Assembly: GCF_057098645.1 (NCBI RefSeq)
Contig: NZ_CM169472.1
Length of the DNA stretch: 64,000 bases
Strand: one strand, 5' to 3'
Both the position numbers and the translations under genes were made by a program. Positions 11,531 through 22,003 of the stretch are shown in pieces; the stretch's first letter is position 1; each line of letters starts with the position of its first letter. Below the pieces are notes generated by a model that saw only the letters and a program-made list of their open reading frames with translations, had not been told where the DNA came from and ran no database searches.

Positions 11531-12478
11531 TCAGGACAGGGTGGCGGGGATGATGATTTGTTGCGGTTCGCTGCGCCCGGTTACCTGCGCGATCAACTGG
11601 CAGGCCGCCTGGCGTCCAGCTTCGGCGTAACCAGGATCTACGGTGACGATCTCCGGATGAAGGAATTTCATTAATGGCGTATTACCGACGCTCGCCAGTT
11701 GCAAGGTGTCGATGCGTTGTTCTTGCAGGTATTTACTTGCGCCAAGTGCCAGCGTGTCGGTTGCGCACAGTAAGGCAGTAGTTTCAGGCGTAATCACTTT
11801 TGCTACGTTCTCATAGCCTTGCTTCATAGCAAGGCCTGGCAGGGCGGCAACGGGATGCAGTTTATGCGCTTTGCAGAACGCCAGGTAGGCTTCGTGACGT
11901 CGCTTCCCGGTCGTCACGTCACTATGCGGCACGCCGAGATAACTGATATTGCGATGCCCCTGGTCATACAGCCGTTGCATCAGGATCTTGATTGCCCCTT
12001 CGTCGTCATAACAGACCGAAGCAAAGCCTTTTGCGTCACGCGCCAACAGAACCAGCGATGACTGCCAGTGGGCTAACATTTCTTCTGTTATGCCGGTAAA
12101 ACCGAACAGCACTACGCCGTCGATATTACGCCGTTTCAGCACCCCCAAATGTTCGGCAACTAATTGCGGGGAAAACTGACTTTCCATCATGATTGGATCG
12201 TAACCTTGTTCATAGAACGCTGGCAGCATGGTTTGAACGGCGAGATTTTCTGACAACGAATCCAGACGGGTGACAATGATGGCGACCACTTTATCGCTTT
12301 GCCCACGCATAGCGCGCGCAGAGCGGGAAGGGGAAAATCCATGCTGATTCATCACTGCTTCAACACGCTCGCGGGTGCGCTGGCTCACGCCGCTTTCGTT
12401 ATTCAGCACCCGGGAAACTGTAGATTTCCCCACGCCGCTTAAGCGCGCGATGTCTTTGATGGTCAGCCGATTTTGCAT
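11531..12478 (-). CDS. treR: trehalose operon repressor, LacI family
   Basis: 315-aa ORF with N-terminal HTH (LTIKDIARLSGVGKSTVSRVLN). Confidence 0.9.
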   Translation of the reverse strand: MQNRLTIKDIARLSGVGKSTVSRVLNNESGVSQRTRERVEAVMNQHGFSPSRSARAMRGQSDKVVAIIVTRLDSLSENLAVQTMLPAFYEQGYDPIMMESQFSPQLVAEHLGVLKRRNIDGVVLFGFTGITEEMLAHWQSSLVLLARDAKGFASVCYDDEGAIKILMQRLYDQGHRNISYLGVPHSDVTTGKRRHEAYLAFCKAHKLHPVAALPGLAMKQGYENVAKVITPETTALLCATDTLALGASKYLQEQRIDTLQLASVGNTPLMKFLHPEIVTVDPGYAEAGRQAACQLIAQVTGRSEPQQIIIPATLS

Positions 12479-12662
12479 CCTGTTGTCCTGTAACGTGTTG
12501 TTTAATTATTTGAGCCTAACTTTACCCGTGCATTCAGCAATGGGTAAAGTCTGGTTTATCGTTGGTTTAGTTGCCAGCAGGTATTATATCGCCATAGATG
12601 CTACGAATATTATTGGATTCTCCTTATTATTTGCGGCGCTTTTTTCACTTACCGGAGGTTAT

Positions 12663-12716
12663 ATGGAACCTGATCCCACGCCTCTCCCTCGACGGAGATT
12701 AAAACTTTTCCGGTAA
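12663..12716 (+). CDS. mgtL: mgtA leader peptide (proline-rich)
   Basis: 17-codon [20 protein letters not shown] in the mgtA 5' leader. Confidence 0.7.
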
Positions 12717-12856
12717 GCCCGTCTTTTCACGGCGTTACCGGATGCGTAAGGCCGTGACGTTTTAACGTCCCTGCTCAGCTTTATTACCTTCAGGTAAGGC
12801 TTCGCCACGCCTGAAGACATTTCTGTACTGTTTCAGACAGTGCGGAGGGACTCCTT

Positions 12857-15553
12857 ATGTTTAAAGAAATTTTTACCCGGCTCATTCGCCATTTACCTTC
12901 CCGTCTGGTTCATCGTGATCCATTGCCTGGCGCGCAGCAGACAGTGAATACGGTGGTCCCGCCGTCCTTAAGTGCGCATTGCCTGAAAATGGCGGTGACG
13001 CCCGAAGAAGAATTGTGGAAAACGTTCGACACTCATCCGGAAGGGTTAAATCAGGCGGAAGTGGAATCTGCCCGCGAACAACATGGTGAAAATAAATTAC
13101 CCGCACAACAACCGTCGCCGTGGTGGGTACATTTATGGGTCTGCTATCGCAACCCCTTTAATATTTTACTCACCATTCTCGGCGCTATTTCTTACGCCAC
13201 GGAAGATTTATTTGCCGCGGGCGTTATCGCGCTAATGGTCGCTATTTCAACGTTGCTGAACTTTATTCAGGAAGCACGTTCCACTAAAGCGGCAGATGCC
13301 CTGAAAGCGATGGTCAGCAATACCGCGACGGTGCTGCGCGTAATTAACGACAAAGGAGAAAATGGCTGGCTGGAGATCCCGATCGACCAGCTGGTGCCCG
13401 GCGATATTATAAAACTGGCGGCGGGAGATATGATCCCGGCAGATTTACGTATCTTGCAGGCGCGGGATCTGTTCGTCGCTCAGGCGTCGTTAACCGGTGA
13501 GTCTCTGCCCGTGGAAAAAGCCGCTACCACTCGCCAGCCGGAGCACAGCAATCCGCTGGAGTGCGACACGCTGTGTTTTATGGGCACCACCGTGGTGAGC
13601 GGCACGGCACAAGCAATGGTGATTGCTACAGGTGCCAATACCTGGTTTGGTCAACTGGCGGGGCGTGTTAGTGAGCAGGAAAGCGAGCCGAATGCCTTTC
13701 AGCAAGGGATCAGCCGCGTCAGTATGCTGCTGATTCGCTTTATGCTGGTGATGGCACCGGTGGTGCTGTTAATCAATGGTTACACCAAAGGCGACTGGTG
13801 GGAAGCGGCGCTGTTTGCGCTTTCGGTCGCGGTAGGCCTAACGCCGGAAATGTTGCCGATGATTGTTACCTCGACGCTGGCGCGCGGCGCAGTAAAGCTG
13901 TCGAAACAGAAAGTGATCGTCAAACATCTGGATGCTATTCAGAACTTTGGCGCAATGGATATTCTGTGCACTGATAAAACCGGCACCCTGACGCAGGATA
14001 AAATTGTGCTGGAGAATCATACCGATATCTCCGGTAAAACCAGCGAACGCGTGCTGCATAGCGCGTGGTTGAACAGTCATTATCAGACCGGACTTAAAAA
14101 CCTGCTCGATACAGCGGTGCTCGAAGGTACGGATGAAGAGTCAGCGCGCTCGCTGGCCAGTCGTTGGCAAAAAATCGATGAGATTCCGTTTGATTTCGAG
14201 CGTCGCCGGATGTCGGTGGTAGTGGCAGAAAATACCGAGCACCATCAGCTGGTTTGCAAAGGTGCATTGCAGGAAATCCTCAATGTGTGTTCGCAGGTGC
14301 GTCACAATGGCGAGATTGTGCCGCTCGATGACATCATGCTGCGTAAGATTAAGCGGGTTACTGATACGCTGAATCGTCAGGGGCTGCGCGTGGTTGCGGT
14401 GGCGACGAAATACCTGCCAGCGCGTGAAGGAGATTACCAGCGGGCGGATGAATCCGACCTGATCCTCGAAGGATATATTGCTTTTCTTGATCCGCCAAAA
14501 GAGACAACCGCTCCGGCACTGAAGGCATTAAAAGCGAGTGGAATTACCGTAAAAATCCTTACTGGCGACAGTGAGTTAGTTGCAGCGAAAGTGTGCCATG
14601 AAGTGGGGCTGGACGCGGGAGAGGTGGTCATTGGTAGTGATATTGAAACGCTATCTGACGACGAACTGGCAAATCTTGCACAGCGCACCACGCTGTTTGC
14701 CCGCCTGACGCCGATGCATAAAGAACGCATTGTGACCTTACTGAAGCGCGAAGGGCATGTGGTTGGCTTTATGGGCGATGGTATTAATGATGCGCCCGCC
14801 TTACGCGCTGCGGATATCGGCATTTCTGTGGACGGCGCGGTAGATATTGCCCGTGAAGCGGCTGATATCATCCTGCTGGAAAAAAGCCTGATGGTGCTGG
14901 AAGAGGGGGTTATTGAGGGACGTCGCACTTTCGCCAACATGCTGAAATACATCAAAATGACGGCGAGCTCTAACTTCGGTAATGTGTTCAGCGTGCTGGT
15001 GGCGAGTGCTTTCTTGCCCTTCCTGCCGATGTTGCCGTTACACTTGCTTATTCAGAACTTGCTGTACGATGTGTCACAGGTGGCGATCCCGTTTGATAAC
15101 GTCGACGACGAGCAAATTCAAAAGCCGCAGCGTTGGAATCCGGCGGATCTGGGGCGCTTTATGATCTTCTTCGGACCGATCAGCTCGATCTTCGATATTC
15201 TGACGTTTTGCCTGATGTGGTGGGTATTCCATGCCAACACGCCGGAAACACAAACGCTGTTCCAGTCGGGATGGTTTGTGGTGGGCTTACTGTCGCAAAC
15301 GCTGATTGTGCATATGATCCGCACCCGCCGTGTGCCGTTTATTCAGAGCTGTGCATCGTGGCCGTTAATGATCATGACCGTGATCGTGATGATTGTCGGG
15401 ATCGCATTGCCGTTTTCACCGCTGGCCAGTTATCTGCAATTACAGGCGCTGCCGTTAAGCTATTTCCCGTGGCTGGTTGCGATTCTGGCAGGGTATATGA
15501 CATTAACCCAGTTGGTGAAAGGGTTCTATAGCCGTCGTTACGGCTGGCAATAA
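12857..15553 (+). CDS. mgtA: Mg2+-importing P-type ATPase
   Basis: 898-aa ORF with P-type ATPase motifs (DKTGTLT, TGD, GDGINDAPAL). Confidence 0.95.
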   Translation: MFKEIFTRLIRHLPSRLVHRDPLPGAQQTVNTVVPPSLSAHCLKMAVTPEEELWKTFDTHPEGLNQAEVESAREQHGENKLPAQQPSPWWVHLWVCYRNPFNILLTILGAISYATEDLFAAGVIALMVAISTLLNFIQEARSTKAADALKAMVSNTATVLRVINDKGENGWLEIPIDQLVPGDIIKLAAGDMIPADLRILQARDLFVAQASLTGESLPVEKAATTRQPEHSNPLECDTLCFMGTTVVSGTAQAMVIATGANTWFGQLAGRVSEQESEPNAFQQGISRVSMLLIRFMLVMAPVVLLINGYTKGDWWEAALFALSVAVGLTPEMLPMIVTSTLARGAVKLSKQKVIVKHLDAIQNFGAMDILCTDKTGTLTQDKIVLENHTDISGKTSERVLHSAWLNSHYQTGLKNLLDTAVLEGTDEESARSLASRWQKIDEIPFDFERRRMSVVVAENTEHHQLVCKGALQEILNVCSQVRHNGEIVPLDDIMLRKIKRVTDTLNRQGLRVVAVATKYLPAREGDYQRADESDLILEGYIAFLDPPKETTAPALKALKASGITVKILTGDSELVAAKVCHEVGLDAGEVVIGSDIETLSDDELANLAQRTTLFARLTPMHKERIVTLLKREGHVVGFMGDGINDAPALRAADIGISVDGAVDIAREAADIILLEKSLMVLEEGVIEGRRTFANMLKYIKMTASSNFGNVFSVLVASAFLPFLPMLPLHLLIQNLLYDVSQVAIPFDNVDDEQIQKPQRWNPADLGRFMIFFGPISSIFDILTFCLMWWVFHANTPETQTLFQSGWFVVGLLSQTLIVHMIRTRRVPFIQSCASWPLMIMTVIVMIVGIALPFSPLASYLQLQALPLSYFPWLVAILAGYMTLTQLVKGFYSRRYGWQ

Positions 15554-15589
15554 AGAATAAACTGGGCACGATAGCCCCGATTCAGATTG

Positions 15590-15745
15590 CAGACAAAGTA
15601 AGCTTTGTTCATGCCGGATGCGGCGTAAATGCCTTATCCGGCCAACAAATTCAATAAATTGCAGGAATCACGTAGGCCTGATAAGCGTAGCGCATCAGGC
15701 GATTTTGCGTTTGTCATCAGACTTAATCCGGGCATGATAGCCCGG
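15590..15745. repeat. REP/BIME cluster downstream of mgtA
   Basis: gccggatgcggcgtaaatgccttatccggcc and aggcctgataagcgtagcgcatcaggc units. Confidence 0.6.
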
Positions 15746-15758
15746 ATTTCCATCAAGA

Positions 15759-16145
15759 TTAGCGACGAACAGCGATCGCTTCGATCTCAATCTTCACGTC
15801 TTTCGGCAGACGGGCAACTTCAACGCAAGAACGTGCCGGGAAGGTGGCGTTGTGTTCGGTGAAGAAGGCTTCGTAAGTGGCGTTTACGGTTGCGAAGTCG
15901 TTCAGATCTTTCACAAACACGGTGGTTTTAACGATGTCGCCCACTTTCAGGCCAGCGGCTTCGACGATCGCTTTTACGTTATCCAGCGACTGACGTGCCT
16001 GTGCAGCGACGTCTGCCGGTACTTCGCCCGTTTTCGGATTTACCGGGATCTGACCGGAGGTGATGATCATATTGCCCAGATCAACGCCCTGTACGTAAGG
16101 ACCGATAGCTGCCGGTGCATTTTCCGTCGCGATAGTTTTGCTCAT
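15759..16145 (-). CDS. ridA: RidA (YjgF) enamine/imine deaminase
   Basis: 128-aa sequence MSKTIATENAPAAIGPYVQG... of the YjgF/RidA family. Confidence 0.9.
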   Translation of the reverse strand: MSKTIATENAPAAIGPYVQGVDLGNMIITSGQIPVNPKTGEVPADVAAQARQSLDNVKAIVEAAGLKVGDIVKTTVFVKDLNDFATVNATYEAFFTEHNATFPARSCVEVARLPKDVKIEIEAIAVRR

Positions 16146-16217
16146 GATTTCTCCTTTATTACAGCGGTAAAAAGTCTGGCTCATTATAGGGAGCCAGACT
16201 TTTATTACCAACCGCAA

Positions 16218-16679
16218 TTAATTGGCCAGCACCACATTATGGGAAAACTCTTTTTCACAGTATTTGCATTTGAGCGCGATATCATTGGCGCGTTTTCGCA
16301 CGGCAAAGCTGGAAGAAACCGGTTCGGCATGGCTGATACAGTTGCTGTTCGGGCAGACCAGCACATTGTCGATGCGCTCCGGCAGACTTGGGCGCGATTT
16401 ACCCACCACTTCATAGTTGTCGATACGGTTAACCGTGGCTTGCGGCGCATACAATGCCAGTTGATCTACTTGATCTTCACTCAAAAAGGTATTTTCGATT
16501 TTGATCAGATCTTTGCGGCCCATCTCGCCAGAAGGCAGGTTCAGACCAATGGTGATGCGCTGATCTGTTTCGGTCAGCTTGAACAGACTCAACAGCTTAA
16601 AACCGATCTGGGCGGGGATATGGTCAATTACCGTGCCGCGTTTAATAGCTTCAACCTGCAATTTATTATCGTGTGTCAT
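16218..16679 (-). CDS. pyrI: aspartate carbamoyltransferase regulatory subunit
   Basis: 153-aa ORF with C-terminal zinc cysteines (CPNSNCISH...CKYCEK). Confidence 0.95.
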
Positions 16680-16691
16680 CTCTATTTCCCC

Positions 16692-17627
16692 TTACAGTAC
16701 CAGATCGCGATTCAGAACCAGTGCCAGTAACGCCTGGCGAGCGAAAATCCCGTTGCCTGCCTGCTGGAAGTACCAGGCGTGTGGCGTTTTATCAACATCC
16801 GTCGCAATCTCATCAACACGCGGCAGCGGATGCAGTACTTTCATATTGGCTTTGGCGTTGTGGAGATCGCTGGCGCGAAGAACAAACTGCGCTTTCACGT
16901 TGGCGTACTCGGACGGGTCCAGACGCTCTTTTTGCACGCGGGTCATGTACAGGATGTCTACTTCCGCCATCACTTCTTCAATAGAGCTGTGCAGACTCCA
17001 TGCGATCCCTTTTTCATCAAGCATATCCAGAATGTATTGCGGCATTGCCAGCGCGTCCGGCGCGATGAAGTAAAAACGGTTGCCGTCGAACTTCGCTAAC
17101 GCCTGAGTCAGGGAGTGAACGGTGCGGCCATATTTCAGGTCACCAACCATTGCGACGTGGAGATTGTCCAGACGCCCCTGGGTTTCCTGAATGGTGAATA
17201 AGTCCAGCAAGGTTTGCGTCGGATGTTGGTTGGAGCCATCACCGGCATTCAGTACCGGTACATTGCCGGAAAACTCGGTGGCCAGGCGCGCCGCACCTTC
17301 CTGCGGATGACGCATCACTATCGCATCGACGTAAGTGCTGATAACCGAAATGGTATCGGCCAGCGTTTCGCCCTTTTTACCCAGTGATGTATTGGCGCTG
17401 TCGGAGAAGCCCACCACGCTGGCACCCAGGCGGTGCATGGAAGTTTCGAAAGAGAGGCGGGTACGGGTAGAGGCTTCGAAGAAACAGCTGGCAATGACTT
17501 TGTGCTTCAACAGCTCTGGTTGCGGGTTTGCTTTCAGTTTCGCCGCTGTCGCCAGCACCAGATTAAGGTCATCGCGACTAAGGTCGTTTATGGAAATGAT
17601 ATGTTTCTGATATAGCGGATTAGCCAT
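16692..17627 (-). CDS. pyrB: aspartate carbamoyltransferase catalytic subunit
   Basis: 311-aa ORF with STRTR and HPLP carbamoyltransferase motifs. Confidence 0.95.
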
Positions 17628-17630
17628 CTT

Positions 17631-17765
17631 TTATCTCCTGACGCCTGGGCAAAAAAAAGCCCCTCGATTGAGGGGCTGGGAATGGGTGATCAACGGGAAG
17701 AAAAACGGCAGGCCAGCGTCTTTTTTCAGACGCGGTAAGACAAAATGTCGAACACACTGAACCAT
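17631..17765 (-). CDS. pyrL: pyrBI operon leader peptide
   Basis: 44-codon ORF MVQCVRHFVLPRLKKDAGLPFFFPLITHSQPLNRGAFFCPGVRR overlapping the attenuator. Confidence 0.8.
   Translation of the reverse strand: MVQCVRHFVLPRLKKDAGLPFFFPLITHSQPLNRGAFFCPGVRR
17651..17676 (-). terminator. pyrBI attenuator (intrinsic terminator)
   Basis: On the minus strand GCCCCTCaatcGAGGGGC hairpin followed by an 8-U run, inside the leader. Confidence 0.8.
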
Positions 17766-17790
17766 ACATCCTCCCGGCAAATTGTCCGGC

Positions 17791-17819
17791 ATTATACTCA
17801 TCGTCAGAAGCGGTGCAAG
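17791..17819 (-). promoter_or_regulatory. pyrBI promoter core (-35 TTGCAC, 17-bp spacer, -10 TATAAT)
   Basis: Minus-strand reading gcTTGCACcgcttctgacgatgagTATAATgccggac, followed by SD GGGAGG and the pyrL ATG. Confidence 0.6.
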
Positions 17820-17918
17820 CATTTGATTAGACTGGCCCCCTGAATCTCCAGACAACCAGTATCACTTAAATAAGTGATAGTCTTAATACTAGTTTTTAGA
17901 CTAGTCATTGGAGAACAG

Positions 17919-18284
17919 ATGATTGATGTCTTAGGGCCGGAGAAACGCAGACGGCGTACCACACAGGAAAAGATCGCAATTGTTCAGCAGAGCTTTGAAC
18001 CGGGGATGACGGTCTCCCTCGTTGCCCGGCAACATGGTGTAGCAGCCAGCCAGTTATTTCTCTGGCGTAAGCAATACCAGGAAGGAAGTCTTACTGCTGT
18101 GGCCGCCGGAGAACAGGTTGTTCCTGCCTCTGAACTTGCTGCCGCCATGAAGCAGATTAAAGAACTCCAGCGCCTGCTCGGCAAGAAAACGATGGAAAAT
18201 GAACTCCTCAAAGAAGCCGTTGAATATGGACGGGCAAAAAAGTGGATAGCGCACGCGCCCTTATTGCCCGGGGATGGGGAGTAA
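17919..18284 (+). CDS. insC: IS2 OrfA (InsC) HTH transposase subunit
   Basis: [40 protein letters not shown]... IS3-family OrfA. Confidence 0.85.
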
Positions 18285-19147
18285 GCTTAGTCAGCCGTTG
18301 TCTCCGGGTGTCGCGTGCGCAGTTGCACGTCATTCTCAGACGAACCGATGACTGGATGGATGGCCGCCGCAGTCGTCACACTGATGATACGGATGTGCTT
18401 CTCCGTATACACCATGTTATCGGAGAGCTGCCCACGTATGGTTATCGTCGGGTATGGGCGCTGCTTCGCAGACAGGCAGAACTTGATGGTATGCCTGCGA
18501 TCAATGCCAAACGTGTTTACCGGATCATGCGCCAGAATGCGCTGTTGCTTGAGCGAAAACCTGCTGTACCGCCATCGAAACGGGCACATACAGGCAGAGT
18601 GGCCGTGAAAGAAAGCAATCAGCGATGGTGCTCTGACGGGTTCGAGTTCTGCTGTGATAACGGAGAGAGACTGCGTGTCACGTTCGCGCTGGACTGCTGT
18701 GATCGTGAGGCACTGCACTGGGCGGTGACTACCGGCGGCTTCAACAGTGAAACAGTACAGGACGTCATGCTGGGAGCGGTGGAACGCCGCTTCGGCAACG
18801 ATCTTCCGTCGTCTCCAGTGGAGTGGCTGACGGATAATGGTTCATGCTACCGGGCTAATGAAACACGCCAGTTCGCCCGGATGTTGGGACTTGAACCGAA
18901 GAACACGGCGGTGCGGAGTCCGGAGAGTAACGGAATAGCAGAGAGCTTCGTGAAAACGATAAAGCGTGACTACATCAGTATCATGCCCAAACCAGACGGG
19001 TTAACGGCAGCAAAGAACCTTGCAGAGGCGTTCGAGCATTATAACGAATGGCATCCGCATAGTGCGCTGGGTTATCGCTCGCCACGGGAATATCTGCGGC
19101 AGCGGGCTTGTAATGGGTTAAGTGATAACAGATGTCTGGAAATATAG
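18242..19147 (+). CDS. insD: IS2 OrfB (InsD) DDE transposase catalytic subunit
   Basis: 301-aa ORF overlapping orfA in another frame, IS3-family arrangement. Confidence 0.85.
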
Positions 19148-19380
19148 GGGCAAATCCATTGATGCAATATTTTGTCAGCGCAAACGGTTTACTTGAATTA
19201 TAAGTCAAAATATATGCATTTTTATTTGATGTGATTCTGCAGGCGACTGTCGTTCGGTATCAATAATTGCAGACATTTCCTGCTTTTTTCTTTTTCACTT
19301 TCACGCAATCAGATATGCATTTTATTCCATTCATCCGACTTATAGGGCGGAGTGTGAAAACGAACGGCTAACACTATTGC

Positions 19381-19776
19381 TTACTGCTCAGGGATGCGCG
19401 CTATCACTTTAATTTCAAAATCAAAGCCTGCCAGCCATGTAACACCCACCGCCGTCCAGTTTGGATAAGGTGGGGTGCTAAATATTTCATTTTTCACCGT
19501 CATGATGTCTTCGAATTGTTTTTCTGGATCGGTATGAAAGCTCGTAATATCAATGATATTGTCAAAAGTGCATCCCGCAGCAGCCAGGGTCGCATGCAAA
19601 TTATCAAATGCCAGTCTGACTTGTTGCTGAAAATCGGGTTCTGGTGTTCCGTCCTCTCGACTTCCTACTTGCCCGGAAACAAACAGCAAATCGCCGGAAC
19701 GAATAGCCGCAGAATAACGATGCTCAGCATACAGTGAATGTCGTCCAGCAGGGAAAACAGCGGTTCTTTCTACCAT
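19381..19776 (-). CDS. yjgH: RidA/YjgF-family protein YjgH
   Basis: 131-aa ORF of the YjgF family in conserved position. Confidence 0.8.
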   Translation of the reverse strand: MVERTAVFPAGRHSLYAEHRYSAAIRSGDLLFVSGQVGSREDGTPEPDFQQQVRLAFDNLHATLAAAGCTFDNIIDITSFHTDPEKQFEDIMTVKNEIFSTPPYPNWTAVGVTWLAGFDFEIKVIARIPEQ

Positions 19777-19906
19777 TTGGTTATCCTCAAGATTTACGAC
19801 ATGAACAGAAGATTTATATTTATCAGGAGCCGCTTTTAGCGGACGACGTGAGTAAACAAAACCCAGACATCATGGATAATGGCTGGGCTTAATTGAGCGT
19901 AGTCGG

Positions 19907-20620
19907 TTATGCGCCAAACGCGCCATCAATGGTATGCATCGCGCCGGTAACAAAACTGGCTTCTGGCCCTGCTAACCATGCGACCATACCAGCGACCTCT
20001 TCCGGTTGCCCATGTCTTTTGATAGCCATAAAACTATGCAACATATCGCGCATTGGCCCGTTGGCGGGATTAGCGTCGGTATCAATTGGCCCTGGCTGGA
20101 CGACGTTGATGGTGATCCCACGCGGTCCGAAATCACGGGCCAGCCCGCGCGCCATGCCTTGCAGGGCAGATTTACTGGCGGCATAAGCAGCCATGCCTGC
20201 AACAGGCATACGATCGCCATTCACGGAGCCGATGATTAAGATGCGCCCGCCTTCGGGCATCTGCCGGGCGGCTTCAACAGAGGCATGGTAAGGAGCATGA
20301 ATATTGATTTTGAAAAGGCGATCAATATCGTCGGCATTTAATTCCAGGGCATCGCCAAAGACGCCAATACCTGCATTTACCACCAGGATATCCAATGCGC
20401 CGCTCTTACGAACGACATCAATGACAGCGTCTCTGTCAGCACTATCTGTGAATACTGCTGTCGCTCCCGTCTCTTGTGCCAGGCGTTCAGCGGCATCTTT
20501 CGACTCCGCATAGGTGAATCGTACATTGGCCCCATCGGTGACGAAACGACGTACGATAGCGGCACCGATTCCACGGCTACCACCGAGGATGAGAACTGTC
20601 TTACCTGTAAAAGCGCCCAT
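19907..20620 (-). CDS. bdcA: short-chain dehydrogenase/reductase, c-di-GMP binding biofilm dispersal mediator
   Basis: 237-aa SDR with TGxxxGxG (GGSRGIGAA) and YxxxK motifs. Confidence 0.85.
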   Translation of the reverse strand: MGAFTGKTVLILGGSRGIGAAIVRRFVTDGANVRFTYAESKDAAERLAQETGATAVFTDSADRDAVIDVVRKSGALDILVVNAGIGVFGDALELNADDIDRLFKINIHAPYHASVEAARQMPEGGRILIIGSVNGDRMPVAGMAAYAASKSALQGMARGLARDFGPRGITINVVQPGPIDTDANPANGPMRDMLHSFMAIKRHGQPEEVAGMVAWLAGPEASFVTGAMHTIDGAFGA

Positions 20621-20690
20621 AAGGACTCCTTGATTTATTATGTAACATGCATTACAAAACTGTTTTAACTTTCTGTCAACAAGTTTTGTA
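20621..20690. promoter_or_regulatory. divergent bdcA/bdcR promoter region with TTGTAA...TTACAA inverted repeats (candidate TetR-family operator)
   Basis: ttgtaacatgcattacaa and caacaagttttgtaatg palindromic elements between divergent genes. Confidence 0.35.
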
Positions 20691-21284
20691 ATGATCACTA
20701 AAAAACAATATCGCGTTCCAGGTCGTCCCAGACGTTTCGCTCCTGAGCAGGCAGTCTCTGCGGCAAAAGTGCTTTTTCACCAAAAAGGTTTCGATGCTGT
20801 CAGTGTTGCTGAAGTTACTGATTATCTTGGTATTAACCCCCCGAGCCTCTACGCGGCTTTTGGCAATAAGGCTGGGTTATTTAGCCGTGTACTCAATGAA
20901 TATGTCGGCACGGAAGCTATTCCGCTTGCCGATATTCTTCGTGATGATCGTCCGGTAGGGGAGTGCCTGGCTGAGGTATTAAAAGAAGCGGCGCGCAGAT
21001 ATAGCCAAAACGGCGGCTGCGCTGGCTGTATGGTTCTTGAAGGCATTCATAGTCATGATCCACAAGCGCGTGATATTGCCGTTCAATATTATCACGCCGC
21101 AGAAACGGCCATTTATGACTATATCGCCAGGCGGCATCCACAAAGCGCACAATGTGTGACTGATTTTATGAGTACCGTGATGTCAGGGCTTTCTGCGAAG
21201 GCACGGGAGGGGCACTCCATCGAACAACTCTGTGCAACAGCTGCACTGGCGGGGGAAGCGATAAAAACTATTCTCAAGGAGTGA
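20691..21284 (+). CDS. bdcR: TetR-family transcriptional regulator
   Basis: 197-aa ORF with N-terminal TetR HTH. Confidence 0.85.
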   Translation: MITKKQYRVPGRPRRFAPEQAVSAAKVLFHQKGFDAVSVAEVTDYLGINPPSLYAAFGNKAGLFSRVLNEYVGTEAIPLADILRDDRPVGECLAEVLKEAARRYSQNGGCAGCMVLEGIHSHDPQARDIAVQYYHAAETAIYDYIARRHPQSAQCVTDFMSTVMSGLSAKAREGHSIEQLCATAALAGEAIKTILKE

Positions 21285-21416
21285 TGCGGGCCTTGACCCG
21301 AAAGGCGGGAACGCGCCTGCCGATAAGTTGTGATAAGACAATAATTCACGCGTTAAGGCTAGCGGAATTGATCATCTTTTCGTATAACGATAGAAATGAA
21401 ACGTTGTTTTAATTAA

Positions 21417-21881
<465 letters not shown>

Positions 21882-22003
21882 TGACTTTTCGCCGTAAATA
21901 ACTCCAGGTTTACGGCGAGTTTGTGAAAAGAGCGTTTTTTGATATTTTTTTGTGAGTAAAATTTGTAATGCTTAGACGTTCTTATTAACTCAAGGAGTTC
22001 GTC

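Larger units (their letters stand above)
17828..19158 (+). mobile_element. IS2 insertion sequence (1331 bp) flanked by 5-bp target duplication TTGAT
   Basis: Left end TAGACTGGCCCCCTGAATCTCCAGACAACC, right end ...GGGGCAAATCCA, two overlapping transposase ORFs, TTGAT at 17823-17827 and 19159-19163. Confidence 0.9.

Noticed and set aside
15852-16730. 292-aa + strand ORF
   Set aside because: Antisense to ridA and pyrI.
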